A stretch of 64,000 nt of DNA from Myxococcota bacterium (GCA_963674735.2 CAXXQS010000001.1:2400001-2464000), one strand, 5' to 3'. Shown: positions 1-10,292, counted from the stretch's first letter. Translations and numbers: made by a program. The notes: generated by a model from the letters alone, not told the origin.

Positions 1-340
1 CGCTCGCCTCGCCGGCCTGAATCACCGCTTGCCCGAGGGTTTCGAACATCCCCTGACGGCGGTAGTCGGGGTGGGTCATTACATCGCCCAGTTCGCTGGC
101 GTAGCCGATCTTGCTACCGAAACGAAAAGGCCGGTGACAAGAGGCCACGTAACCCGCCATGCGTTCTCCCGCGCGCGCCACGCGACCGATGGGATCGGGC
201 CGCTTGCCGCCGAAAAGCTTCCAGTCGTAATAGGGCTTATCACCCGAACGTTTCCACAGGGGGCCGTAAACAATGGACGTCAGACGCGCCAGACGCGCCG
301 AGTCCGGTTCGGTAACCGCTTCCACCTTCCAATCGGGCAT
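1..340 (-). CDS. GNAT-family N-acetyltransferase (runs off window start; not in ORF track)
   Basis: Manual translation from ATG at 340: MPDWKVEAVTEPDSARL...ELGDVMTHPDYRRQGMFETLGQAV, which contains GNAT motif A (HPDYRRQG). GGAG RBS upstream; directly follows the upstream gene. Confidence 0.8.
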   Translation of the reverse strand, partial: MPDWKVEAVTEPDSARLARLTSIVYGPLWKRSGDKPYYDWKLFGGKRPDPIGRVARAGERMAGYVASCHRPFRFGSKIGYASELGDVMTHPDYRRQGMFETLGQAVIQAGEAS

Positions 341-354
341 GGGCGACACTCCGT

Positions 355-1716
355 TTATTCCGGCTCGTCCGCGTCTTCATCCGCTTGTTTGGGCAACGCG
401 GCGGGGGGCGGTTCGGCCAGTCGTTTTTCGATGGCGGCGGCACTCTCGCGGGCCATCATGCCCAGCGTGTAGGTCTTGCCGTCGATGAAGTTCGGGATGG
501 GACGCGCGTCGTCGGCCAGCGGTTTGATCGCTTTTTCCAGGAGCGCCGCATCGGCGCTGTACTGCAACCCGATCAGGGCCAGGGTCACAAGCGGTACGTG
601 TTTGGACGTCAGATACGCAGCCAGTTTGGGAGCCGCAGCGGTCGGAAGTTTCTTGAGATGCCGACGCGCCACGCGATAATCCCCGCGCCAAAACGTCACG
701 TTGGGATTCAGTCCATCGAAAGCCGTGGAAACGGCCTCGGCTCCCCCCAGTTTGAGAATCGCCGCGAAGGCCGCCCACTTGACATCCTCGTCCCTCAGGA
801 AGGGAGAGATGTATTTCACCATATCGGCGTCGCCCGCTTTCCGAATGATCTCGATGGCGATGCCGCGCAGGTCGATATGCTCCTTGCGGTTGATGAACAG
901 GCGCGTGGCAATGGGCAGCGAGAGACGCGAGGGAGCGAAACTCAGGCTGTTGAGAGCGCTCAGGCGAATCGGGAAGGGGTTTTTCTTGTCGGCCACGTAG
1001 CCGTTGAGCAATTCCGTCAGACGCTCGTCGCGCACGTAGCAGGCCAGCTCCAGCAGGTCGTCCGTCAGGTTGGGAAGCTGCTCGTTGTACCAGGTAATGA
1101 GAACATCGGAAACGCGTTTTTTCAGCGCCGGATGGTCGATATCACGCGCGATCTTGGCCAGCTTGACGCGCGTTTTCTGTTCGGGTTCCTTGGCGATCAG
1201 CTCGACCAGCAGGTCCGTCGCCGGGGCTCCCACGCGCTTGAGCACGTGATAGGCCGAAAACTTCCCCGCCGCGTATTTCTTGGCGAAACCGTTTTTGTAC
1301 CACAGCAGAATCGCCTGACGGGCGCTGCGTTTGACCTGGGCGTCGTCGAACTGCATGAACATGTAGAGGATGTCCTTGGCTGCGGCCTGTACGGAGAGAT
1401 CGGGCACCTCGAAGAGTCCGCCGATTTTGGGTGCGCTGGCCTGGATCAATTTCATGCGGTCGGCGGGCGGCATCTCTTTCATGGTGGCGGTCAGCAGATC
1501 GAACTGGCGCACACGGATCAGCTTGAGCACGGCGTAAACCCGCAGGGGCATCTCGGCCGAGGCATCGGCGACCACGTGGGCGATGCGCGCCTCGCCGTTG
1601 ACCGACTCGGCCCAGGTGTCGATTTTATCGGTGGTGACGTTGCAACCCAGACACAGCCAGGCCAGCATCAGTCCCAAGCAAAAGATTCCGACCCACCGGT
1701 TAGCGGATGTGCGCAT
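355..1716 (-). CDS. HEAT/ARM-repeat putative lipoprotein
   Basis: Start MRTSANRW at 1716 with GAGGGGAGG RBS; lipobox-like CLGC; all-helical HEAT-like repeats (LRLSALNSL, LRGIAIEII, VKWAAFAAILKLG). Confidence 0.7.
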   Translation of the reverse strand: MRTSANRWVGIFCLGLMLAWLCLGCNVTTDKIDTWAESVNGEARIAHVVADASAEMPLRVYAVLKLIRVRQFDLLTATMKEMPPADRMKLIQASAPKIGGLFEVPDLSVQAAAKDILYMFMQFDDAQVKRSARQAILLWYKNGFAKKYAAGKFSAYHVLKRVGAPATDLLVELIAKEPEQKTRVKLAKIARDIDHPALKKRVSDVLITWYNEQLPNLTDDLLELACYVRDERLTELLNGYVADKKNPFPIRLSALNSLSFAPSRLSLPIATRLFINRKEHIDLRGIAIEIIRKAGDADMVKYISPFLRDEDVKWAAFAAILKLGGAEAVSTAFDGLNPNVTFWRGDYRVARRHLKKLPTAAAPKLAAYLTSKHVPLVTLALIGLQYSADAALLEKAIKPLADDARPIPNFIDGKTYTLGMMARESAAAIEKRLAEPPPAALPKQADEDADEPE

Positions 1717-1798
1717 ATAGGCCTCCCCTCGACTTCGGATAAACGGATTCGAACAACTTCCCCATTTATATAGAGAAAACGCGCAGGTTGTCAATGTG

Positions 1799-4294
1799 TC
1801 AGTGTTGCGTAACCACTTCCGCCGTAAAGGCGAAGTGACGACGCGCGTTATTGGGCGTGTGTATGCGGAACGTCAGATTCCGCGTTTGCCCCTTGAAGGC
1901 AGCGGTGGGCATCAGGATATCCGTATAGCGCGTGCTGTTGGGTTGAACCAGGCTGCCCAGTTTGGTATCCCCGACGAAGGCTTCCAGAATAACGGGGGCT
2001 CCCCGTCCGAAGTCCACGGCGAAATCGCTGAGAGCGGCCCCCAGATGCAGATAGTCGCCCAGGGCAACGGAGGGCGCAGTGATGAGCAGCGCCTCTTCGG
2101 CCGGATGCGCCCACAACAGGCGACGGAGCCGACCACGCACGATCATGTCCGTCGGTCCGACGTAGTTCCAACCGTTGTCGGCGCAGGTGTAGCGCTTGCC
2201 GCGCAGCGGGCAGGGATGGAGGCTGTCGCCCCGATCCAGTTCGACGCGCAGATCCCCCAGATGGTCGAACAGACGCCAGGAGGCCGACAACCCGTCGGTG
2301 AAGCTCAGAGCCAGCAGCCGTAGCTCGCGCGAGCCGTTTGTTTCCGAAAGAGGCAGGTCCAGGTCGCGGCGATGCGGGCGGGCCGTGAAGCGCGTTGCAT
2401 CGAAAGCCGGATCGTTTGTGACGATCCAGACCCGTGGCGCCTGAAAGAAGGTCTCGGCTTGCGGGGCATCGATGGCTTGCATGGGGAAGGCCGGATCGGG
2501 TCGCCACTTGCGGGCCAATTTGCGCGGCGTGACGATCAGCACGTCCCGATCCGCGACGAAACCGCGTATGCGCAAGGCCGCAACCGCTTCCTGTTGCCAA
2601 TCCGCGCTTTCCACCTGCAGGACCGCATGCACCATGACTCCCCCGGCGAAAATCACGGCCAGACCCAAGGCGACAGCGGAACCGATGCGCCGGATGGGGG
2701 CGGCGGCGAACCAGGCACACAGGCGGCTGCAAGCCGCGCGGTAATCCGCCTCGGCGTACAAGAACAGCCCGCAAGCCGAAGCGAGATGCAGCAGAATGGC
2801 CAGACTGATCCAGAAGTTGTGGACGACGCCCAGCGGGATGGTGAGAAACAAGATCCAACTCGCCAGCATGACGGCGATCAGCGAGGCGTAGTTGAACGCC
2901 TGAATGCGGCGCGGGCGAGCGCGCAGGTAAAACAGCGCCAGCAGGCTGATGACGATGCAGTAGTAGACGGTCAGTCCGAGTAACAGAAAGATGAGCGGAT
3001 AGCTGAACAGCAGCGCGTCCACCTCGTCGCGCTTACGCAGGATCAGAGCCAGAGCCACGACGAACAAGCCGATCAGGGAGGCCGCGACGCCGTTTCGCAG
3101 CAGGTGGACCCCCCGATTGTGACGCTCGATGCGTTCCCAGTTGGCGGTGACGGTCTGCGGGTCGAATTGAATTTCATCGCCGATCCGGCGCGTGATATAG
3201 GGCAATCCGGCACGCGTGGAACTGACGACCTCCTTGTGTACCTCCATTTTGTCGATAAACTCGCGGTGGTAATCCCAACCGAAGGTCGCCAGGCTACCGC
3301 CGAGCAGCAGCACGACGGTCAGAACATAGGCACCGAAGAAACGCCAGGTGGATCGGCGGATGCCGCGACGGCGCAGAAGGTCGTCGAGGGCCTTGACTAC
3401 AAGGCCGAAGAGCAACAGCACCGGGAAGATGCGCATGACGCCCGCGTAAGCCAGTGCGACGCCTGCCGAGCGGAAGTGCTTGCGCTTGAGGAAAGCCACA
3501 CCGAAGAGGATGGCCGCCATCCAGTCGAAGCGCAGATAGGCCCCGTGGATAAAGGCGCGGTGGTTGAAGACGATGCCGTAGAAAAAAATCATCAGAATCA
3601 GGCCGACTTCAAGCCCGAACGCCCACATGATAGCCGCAAAACCCGCCAGCAGCAGCACGGGGTCGAACAGCGCCAGCAGCTTCATTCCGTTTTTCGTGAC
3701 GGGGACATGCGCCGCCAGACCTCCGGCCAGAAACCCCCAGGGCGGGGTGCCGTTGTAGCCCATATCGTTGCAGCGATCGTAAAGAATGTTGGCTTCCTGA
3801 ACGAGGTAGAAGTCCCGGATATCGCGTTTGAACTGTTCCCAGCGGTCCGGCGTGAAACGCCCCTTGACACGCGCAATCAGGTCCACGTCGCTGATGATGT
3901 CCTCCAGCGGCTGGAAGGTGTAGTCGGTGAGGCGGCGGACCTTGCGCTCGCGCATGGCGCGTGGAAGTTTGGGATGACCGGATTCGGCGATCGTTTCGGC
4001 TTCGGCGATGACGATGGCGTTGTAAAGGTTGAAGTAGCCGACTTCCTTTGCGTATTTCGACCCGAATACGTAATGCGAAATGTCGTGGTAATGCAGAAAA
4101 TGGCCGTACAGGCCGTCTCCGAAACGCCAAAAGCTGGCGAAGGCGAGGAGTGCGCCCAGCGCCAGCACAACCACCAGCGAACGTCGCCAACGAACGCGCA
4201 GTGCGGCGGGAGCCAGCAGGCGGAAAAGCCCCAACACGCCGATCAGGATCAACAAACCGATCTTGACGACCAGTCCAAGAGTAGGAATGGACAT
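1799..4294 (-). CDS. Large polytopic membrane protein, GT-C/GT87-like, with C-terminal soluble beta domain
   Basis: Many TM segments; motifs HYVFGSKYAKEVGY, DMGYNGTPPW, YLRFDW, RIFP. Start taken at MSIPTLG (GGGAG upstream). Confidence 0.6.
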   Translation of the reverse strand: MSIPTLGLVVKIGLLILIGVLGLFRLLAPAALRVRWRRSLVVVLALGALLAFASFWRFGDGLYGHFLHYHDISHYVFGSKYAKEVGYFNLYNAIVIAEAETIAESGHPKLPRAMRERKVRRLTDYTFQPLEDIISDVDLIARVKGRFTPDRWEQFKRDIRDFYLVQEANILYDRCNDMGYNGTPPWGFLAGGLAAHVPVTKNGMKLLALFDPVLLLAGFAAIMWAFGLEVGLILMIFFYGIVFNHRAFIHGAYLRFDWMAAILFGVAFLKRKHFRSAGVALAYAGVMRIFPVLLLFGLVVKALDDLLRRRGIRRSTWRFFGAYVLTVVLLLGGSLATFGWDYHREFIDKMEVHKEVVSSTRAGLPYITRRIGDEIQFDPQTVTANWERIERHNRGVHLLRNGVAASLIGLFVVALALILRKRDEVDALLFSYPLIFLLLGLTVYYCIVISLLALFYLRARPRRIQAFNYASLIAVMLASWILFLTIPLGVVHNFWISLAILLHLASACGLFLYAEADYRAACSRLCAWFAAAPIRRIGSAVALGLAVIFAGGVMVHAVLQVESADWQQEAVAALRIRGFVADRDVLIVTPRKLARKWRPDPAFPMQAIDAPQAETFFQAPRVWIVTNDPAFDATRFTARPHRRDLDLPLSETNGSRELRLLALSFTDGLSASWRLFDHLGDLRVELDRGDSLHPCPLRGKRYTCADNGWNYVGPTDMIVRGRLRRLLWAHPAEEALLITAPSVALGDYLHLGAALSDFAVDFGRGAPVILEAFVGDTKLGSLVQPNSTRYTDILMPTAAFKGQTRNLTFRIHTPNNARRHFAFTAEVVTQH

Positions 4295-4551
4295 GTTTAC
4301 TCCCAAGTGTGTCCCGTGGCGTGTATTCCACACCATCATAGACGAAGGCGACCAAGAGGTCAATTCCCCGCACGCACTTTTATCGAAGACCCCGAAGAAC
4401 CCGTTTTTACGCGCCGGAAAAGGGCCATGACCCAGAACGAAAAAGGGGCTGGCATCATGCGCATGTTGTGGTATGATGGGCGACTTCAAGCGATTGTACG
4501 GTGCCGAATAACAGGAAACCAGGTGGGGGGACCGAGTACGGGAGACGTGCC

Positions 4552-5847
4552 ATGATGGTGTATGAACACAATGTCCGTTGGGTGGAAAAACTGGTCGCCA
4601 ACCAAAACGCCTGGCGTTTGCAGACCGTGAACCTGATCGCCAGCGAGAACGTGCTGAGCAACCGCGCGCGACGGGTCATGGCCTCCGACTTCGCTCACCG
4701 CTACGCCGAAGGGCATCCCGGCGAACGTTATTACCAGGGTACCGACTACATCGACGAGATCGAGTCGCGCCTGAAGCATCAGCTCAAAAGCCTGTTCGGG
4801 GCCAAGAACGTGGACGTGCGTCCCATCTCGGGAACCGTCGGTAACGATGCCACGTTTTCGCGCTATATCCGGCCCGGCGACGTGGTGATGGTCAATTCCA
4901 CTCCGGCGGGCGGGCATATCAGTCACCACCGGGCGGGATCGGTGGGCAAGTACACCCACAACATCGTCAATTTCCCGCTCACCCCCGACGGTTACCACAT
5001 CGACGTGGAGGAAACGCGCCACATCGTCAAGGCCTTGTGCCCGAAGGTGTTTATCCTGGGCAAGAGCCTGTACCTCTTTCCGGAACCGGTGAAGGAAATC
5101 GCCGAAATGGCGAAGGGCACGGGCGCGGTGGTCGTTTACGATGGTTCGCACGTGATGGGCCTGATCGCCGGAGGCGGCTTCCAGGATCCGTTGGCCGAGG
5201 GCGCCGATCTGCTCTGCGGGTCGACCCACAAAACCTTCTTCGGCTCGCAGCGCGGCCTGATCCTCAGCAACGCCGGTCCGGCGGAGTGGCGCAAAATCGA
5301 CAAGGGCGCGTTCCCGGCTTCCTCCTCCAATCACCACCTGGATACCCTCGTGGCTCTATCGGTGGCCACCAGCGAAATGCACGATTTCGGGCAGGCGTAC
5401 GGCCGGCAGGTGGTGGCCAATGCCAAGGCCCTGGCCAAAGCGCTGGACGAGCAAGGCTTCGCGGTGCAGGCGCGCGAATTCGGTTATACCGAAAGCCATC
5501 AGGTGGCGGTGGACGTGGGAGCCTTCGGTGGCGGCGACGAGGTGTCGCGTATCCTCAAGGAAAACCACATCATCGTCAACATGAATCTGCTCCCCCACGA
5601 ATCGCTGGACGCGGTCCTCAATCCGGCGGGGCTCCGTCTGGGCGTGCAGGAAATGACACGCTTCGGGATGAAGGAAGACGACATGGCCCGCATCGCGGAC
5701 TTTTTCAAAAGCTGCCTGATGGACGGCCGCTTCATCGCCAAGGAGGTCGCCGCTTTCCGCTCCGAGTTCGTTCACGTGCACTACAGCTTCGATCCGGAGG
5801 GCGAACCCGCCATCGGTTTCTCGGCGGACGGAGACGTCGCACCGTAA
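4552..5847 (+). CDS. glyA: Serine hydroxymethyltransferase (archaeal-type)
   Basis: NLIASEN, RYAEG, RYYQG, PLP lysine in GSTHKTFFG, GLRLG; GGGAG RBS. Confidence 0.9.
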   Translation: MMVYEHNVRWVEKLVANQNAWRLQTVNLIASENVLSNRARRVMASDFAHRYAEGHPGERYYQGTDYIDEIESRLKHQLKSLFGAKNVDVRPISGTVGNDATFSRYIRPGDVVMVNSTPAGGHISHHRAGSVGKYTHNIVNFPLTPDGYHIDVEETRHIVKALCPKVFILGKSLYLFPEPVKEIAEMAKGTGAVVVYDGSHVMGLIAGGGFQDPLAEGADLLCGSTHKTFFGSQRGLILSNAGPAEWRKIDKGAFPASSSNHHLDTLVALSVATSEMHDFGQAYGRQVVANAKALAKALDEQGFAVQAREFGYTESHQVAVDVGAFGGGDEVSRILKENHIIVNMNLLPHESLDAVLNPAGLRLGVQEMTRFGMKEDDMARIADFFKSCLMDGRFIAKEVAAFRSEFVHVHYSFDPEGEPAIGFSADGDVAP

Positions 5848-5908
5848 GGTCACGCAACCGGATCGTGACGAACCAAGACACGAGAAGTCGAGGGCACGGG
5901 AGAGGTTT

Positions 5909-7564
5909 GTGAGTCGAATTCGTGAAAAGCTGATTGCCTTTTTGTACAGTCCGGCATTCTCGGCCTTCGTGATCATCGCGATTCTTCTTCGATTCATTCT
6001 CGCCGCCCTGCCGGACGCCGTGTTTCTGGTGGTACAAAGCTTCAGCGCCCCCGATCATGTCGCGAAAACGGAAGAAATTCTTTTCATCGGCTTGATGACC
6101 ATCTGGCTCGTCTTGCCCGGTGTCGTTTACCGCTTCAGGAAATCCATCGATCGGATTGTCAAGTCTGCACGCTTTCTCTGGGTCGGCGTTTGCCTCCTTT
6201 TCCTCGCTCTGCTGAGCCCAAGCGACGCCGTCTCCGACGTCTGGTTGCTTCAGATCGTGAACAACATTGAAGACCTGCTGTTTGCGGGCGTTGTTCTGTG
6301 CACGATCGCCAACCGAAAGCTCATCGTCCAACGGAGCTTGACTTTGGCGCAAACCCGCCCGGTCAAGACGCTTTCAACCCTGACGATCATCGCGGCCATC
6401 ACCCTGTTCCTGACGGAACTGACGGTCCGGGTTTACACCCATTATCGACCGAAGCCCGAGCAGTTCTTCCTTGAATACATGGATCTGTATGAAGTCGTCG
6501 ATCCGGAGGTCGGCCATGCCATGAAACCGAATGTCGTGGCCACCCTTTCGGGAAACATCGCGTTTTCACCCTTTACGGTTGTATCCTCGCCGCTCCCCGG
6601 CCTGCCGTCATACGGCTTTCGAAACCCGCCCTCCTTCGATTACGATGATCTCGATGCCATATTGATAGGGGACTCGTTTGCGTGGGGATATGGCCTCGAA
6701 CACGAAAACACGCTGGCGGCGCTGCTGACCCAAAACTGCGATCTAACCACGTTGAATCTCGGCATTTCGGGATTTACCACTCCTGCCACACAACAAAGCG
6801 TCCTCTTCAAAGCGCTGGATCTGTTGCCCCGCAAACCGAAGTACGTGATCTGGACGATCTTCCCGTTCAACGACCTGACGGATCAGCAGTTGTTCGAACG
6901 CTGGCAGCGGGACACGGAGCGAAAACCCACGGAATCCCTGTTGCGGCGCGTACTGGGATACTATGTCGAGTTATGGAAAAAGCAGGCCGCCCAAAGCGGG
7001 CAGCCCGAACAGACCCCGCCCGAGATACCGGCCACGATCAAGAAAATCGATCGCCTCCTGGCTCCCTGGTCACGGCTCTATCTGGTCTTGTTGCGAAACC
7101 TGATCATTCCTCCACTTCCCCAAGCGTCCTTGGATTTAACGGTTGCGGCACAGGATGGAAGGGAAATCGTGTATCGCAATTGCCCGCTGCCGGGACTCTC
7201 CGAGGCGGAGCAACGAACGTATAGCCGAATCCTTTTCGAAACCATGAGCCGGGCGAAAACCCGCCTTGAAGAAATGAACATCCGCCTGATCAGCCTTGTC
7301 ATTCCATCCATGTGGGAATACGGCTCGCCGGATAAAAGCAAGGAAAACCCGGTCTATGTATGCAATGCCGTCTCCGAACAGTTGATTCGGGAAGGTCAGG
7401 ATGTGGTGGATTTGTATACCCTGTGGAAGGACGAAAAAGACGTCGCCAAGAAGTACTATTTTGAAAAGGATGCCCACTTCAACACCGACGGCGCCAAGCA
7501 GGCAGCAGAAGAAATTTGCCGACACCTGAGAGCGACTCAAGCGGATTCGCCCCGGCAGAAGTGA
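5909..7564 (+). CDS. Membrane-anchored SGNH/AlgX-like hydrolase or acetyltransferase
   Basis: N-terminal TM helices; block I IGDSFAWG, block II NLGISG, block III FNDL, block V DAHFN. Confidence 0.7.
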   Translation: MSRIREKLIAFLYSPAFSAFVIIAILLRFILAALPDAVFLVVQSFSAPDHVAKTEEILFIGLMTIWLVLPGVVYRFRKSIDRIVKSARFLWVGVCLLFLALLSPSDAVSDVWLLQIVNNIEDLLFAGVVLCTIANRKLIVQRSLTLAQTRPVKTLSTLTIIAAITLFLTELTVRVYTHYRPKPEQFFLEYMDLYEVVDPEVGHAMKPNVVATLSGNIAFSPFTVVSSPLPGLPSYGFRNPPSFDYDDLDAILIGDSFAWGYGLEHENTLAALLTQNCDLTTLNLGISGFTTPATQQSVLFKALDLLPRKPKYVIWTIFPFNDLTDQQLFERWQRDTERKPTESLLRRVLGYYVELWKKQAAQSGQPEQTPPEIPATIKKIDRLLAPWSRLYLVLLRNLIIPPLPQASLDLTVAAQDGREIVYRNCPLPGLSEAEQRTYSRILFETMSRAKTRLEEMNIRLISLVIPSMWEYGSPDKSKENPVYVCNAVSEQLIREGQDVVDLYTLWKDEKDVAKKYYFEKDAHFNTDGAKQAAEEICRHLRATQADSPRQK

Positions 7565-7623
7565 ACGTCGACCGAAACTCGCCGCGAATCGAAGCGGACC
7601 TTGCCCGGAAAACACGCCCCATA

Positions 7624-7656
7624 AAAAACCAGCGGGCCGATCCTGCCTCGGCCCGC
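7624..7656 (-). terminator. Intrinsic terminator of the RRM gene
   Basis: GCGGGCCGA/TCGGCCCGC stem with an adjacent A-run on + (U-tract on -). Confidence 0.55.
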
Positions 7657-7740
7657 GTGGTATATATCATCAATTGAATCGGCTACACTTGTATCGCTCG
7701 TGTGTTGATCGCAGTTCAGGTCGGCAGCCGTTTTCGGCTG

Positions 7741-8037
7741 TTACCAGCGGCGACCGCCGCCACCGCCACCGCCACCGCCGCGCGGCGATTGCTGGCGTTC
7801 GCGGGCAATGCTCACCTTCAGTGTCCGGCCGTCCAGATCCTGGCCATCCATTTCCAACGCCTTATCGGCGTCCTCTTCGTTGGCGAAGGTGACAAAACCG
7901 AAGCCCCGGCTGCGGCCCGTATCACGATCCGTAATCACCTTGGCTTCTTCGATCTCACCGTATGTCGAAAACGCTTGTTCCAGACCCGCGCTGTCCGTAT
8001 TCCAGGACAGGCTGCCAACATACAATTTCCTCTGCAT
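7741..8037 (-). CDS. RRM-domain RNA-binding protein with Gly-rich tail
   Basis: RNP2 KLYVGSL, RNP1 RGFGFVTF, GGGGGGGGGRRW tail; AAGGA RBS. Confidence 0.95.
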   Translation of the reverse strand: MQRKLYVGSLSWNTDSAGLEQAFSTYGEIEEAKVITDRDTGRSRGFGFVTFANEEDADKALEMDGQDLDGRTLKVSIARERQQSPRGGGGGGGGGRRW

Positions 8038-8334
8038 CACACGATCCTTTCTGATAATTGACCATTCCGGGGAACTCTCCCCGCTAGCGATGACACAAAA
8101 AACGGTGGAAGTATTCCAGGCAGGATGTGGAAAACTCGACCTTTCTGTTGACCATGCGCTATTGACCCGGAAAAAATCATAGCAGATCAAGCGACAAATG
8201 CAATTAAAAATAAAAGCCGGACTCTAGCTTTACACCTGCGTAAGTCGCCGTGATTCAACAGCTTCCCTTCCCTCCCGAAGTCGCGATTCTCCAGTGGTGC
8301 CGGGGGGAGGATGCACACTCCCGGCAAAGATGAC

Positions 8335-9918
8335 TCAGCTCTCCTGAGCCTCGGTCTCCGGTGATTGCTGCAAAGCTCGGTTGAACAGGCCGCGGAAGAT
8401 CACCAGGCCGATGGGGGTAAAGACCGCCATGCCGCCGATCCACAACCACACCATGAAGTGGTCAGGATAGCTTGCCAGTGACTTACCCGCCTCATCAACC
8501 GGGGTGTAAGCGGCCAGCAGTAGCCCCGACATCGGTCCGACGACGAATTTGGCGGCAAACCACGGTAAGATCGACAACGCGATGTACGTGCCTTCTTTGC
8601 CCTTCGGGGCCACCTCGGCGGTGAACTGCATCAGCCGCGGCGACCAGATCGCCTCGCCGATGGTGAACACGAGAATGAAGAAGATCAAGGGCCAGTATTC
8701 CAGTGCCGGAGGAGCAGCCGCCAACGCCGTCATGTTGTCTGCCAGACCCAGCCACTTGATGAAGATCAGTTCGCCCAGCAGCGAGTCGTTCAAAGGCGCG
8801 AAAAACTCGCCGGGAACCGCGGCGATAAAGCAAGAACCGGCCGAAATGGTCGAGCCGATGATCATCATGCGGTACGAGCTGACCTTTTTGGTGAAATAGG
8901 CGATCAACGGTACCAGATAAACCACCAAAACCGGGTTCAGCACGCCGTAAATCGATCCGATCATCGCGCCTTCGCCGAGGACGCGCACGCCGTATTTGGG
9001 GAAGGTGTAATGAAAGTGGAAGAAAATGAAACGTACGAACAGGGTCAAGGCCAGCATGCCGATGAAAATCCAGAAATACCGCTCGCGGATGACATTGGAA
9101 ATCAATTTGCCGGTGGCCACCGCCGCATTGCGGACCGAGGCCAGACCGCTGCCGTAATCCGTGGGAGGATTGAAAATGATCGAACCGTCGTCCAGGCGCT
9201 CGACGCCGTCGCGGATGAAGGTAATCACGAACAACGAAACCAAGGTCGCGCCGAAACCGAATACGAAAAAGAGCTGGTAGCTCGAAAAATGCATGCCCAT
9301 CAGCTCGGTACCAAAATTCTCGTTGATGATCTTACCCAGGTCATCGCGTTCGGCGAAGGTCATGCGCACCCAGTCGAAAAACCAGCCGCCCACGGCGTAT
9401 GCCAGATTCATCACCACGTAAAACAGGCCGAAGCCCATGGCGGCCCCTTCTTTCGTGGTGAAACGCTTGATCGCCACCGAAACCAGCGGGCCCACGATGG
9501 CGAAACCGATCGCCAGGGGAACGAAACCCAGGATGAAGATCAGTACCGGATCGGTCATCCATGCCATGAAGAATCGTGAAATAAGCAGAAATATCACGGA
9601 CATAAACAAAGTCCGTCGCATACCGATGGTGTCGACCAGTGCGCCCGCCACCATCGCAATCACCGAGAGCATCATGGACCAGGCCGCAATGTACGACCCG
9701 GCGGCGACGTCACCCAGGCCGCAATCACGCGACAGCCACAGAATGATGGCCATATTCATCGCCGCATAGGAGCTGTACTCGATGATTTTGTAGATGAACA
9801 AAAACCACATGTCGCGCGGCGATCCCCGTAAGCCCTTAGAGTAACTGTGTATAATGACAAAGAGCGTAAGCAGAGCGCCGACGACCAGCGAATAAGTAAC
9901 GAAATCAACCAACGGCAT
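8335..9918 (-). CDS. MFS transporter, POT/PTR peptide-transporter-like
   Basis: About 14 TM segments; GALVDTIGMRR, FGLFYVVMNL, FTIGEAIWSPR, APKGKEGTYI. Confidence 0.85.
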   Translation of the reverse strand: MPLVDFVTYSLVVGALLTLFVIIHSYSKGLRGSPRDMWFLFIYKIIEYSSYAAMNMAIILWLSRDCGLGDVAAGSYIAAWSMMLSVIAMVAGALVDTIGMRRTLFMSVIFLLISRFFMAWMTDPVLIFILGFVPLAIGFAIVGPLVSVAIKRFTTKEGAAMGFGLFYVVMNLAYAVGGWFFDWVRMTFAERDDLGKIINENFGTELMGMHFSSYQLFFVFGFGATLVSLFVITFIRDGVERLDDGSIIFNPPTDYGSGLASVRNAAVATGKLISNVIRERYFWIFIGMLALTLFVRFIFFHFHYTFPKYGVRVLGEGAMIGSIYGVLNPVLVVYLVPLIAYFTKKVSSYRMMIIGSTISAGSCFIAAVPGEFFAPLNDSLLGELIFIKWLGLADNMTALAAAPPALEYWPLIFFILVFTIGEAIWSPRLMQFTAEVAPKGKEGTYIALSILPWFAAKFVVGPMSGLLLAAYTPVDEAGKSLASYPDHFMVWLWIGGMAVFTPIGLVIFRGLFNRALQQSPETEAQES

Positions 9919-10144
9919 AACAACTCCAGTCCGGTTCAGGATGAGTGAAGAGCTTCCACACGACTGTGCCGCCAGACGTTACTCAGTTTTTCCCGAAAGC
10001 TCAAGAAAAACCGGACAAAGTTTTTATATTGCGTTTCACGTAATAACGATTTCAAGATGCGAGAGTCGTTTTCATTCGCCCGCGCCGTTTTAACCGAGGT
10101 TGCCGATGGTCGGGAGACGCGCTGCAGCGGTGGGAAGCAATTGG

Positions 10145-10187
10145 CCCTCTCCTGCGAGAGAGGGTCCGCGAAGCGGAGGGGTGAGGG
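10145..10187. repeat. Solo REP-like palindrome (CCCTCTC..GAGAGGG..GGGGTGAGGG type)
   Basis: CCCTCTC-ctgcga-GAGAGGG hairpin, then a TCCGCGAAGCGGA hairpin and GGGGTGAGGG; same architecture as the palindromes around the DUF559 gene. Confidence 0.55.
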
Positions 10188-10265
10188 TTCGTTGCCGGGA
10201 ACCCGTCGCAGACGCGCGCCAACCTGCTAGCGGATGGGTGAGAACTCGGACAAACCCGTCCCATG

Positions 10266-10292
10266 AAAAAAGCCGGCACGACGACCGGCTTT
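10266..10292 (-). terminator. Intrinsic terminator of hisC
   Basis: AAGCCGG/CCGGCTT stem with an A6 run on +. Confidence 0.6.

Noticed and set aside
385-1773. Long antisense ORFs (also 3104..4555, 15990..17315, 37028..38473, 47043..48659, 57526..59343)
   Set aside because: Shadow frames opposite well-supported genes, expected from high-GC codon bias; no protein motifs.
7750-7785. CCGCCA microsatellite as a phase-variation tract
   Set aside because: It simply encodes the in-frame poly-Gly tail typical of RRM proteins.
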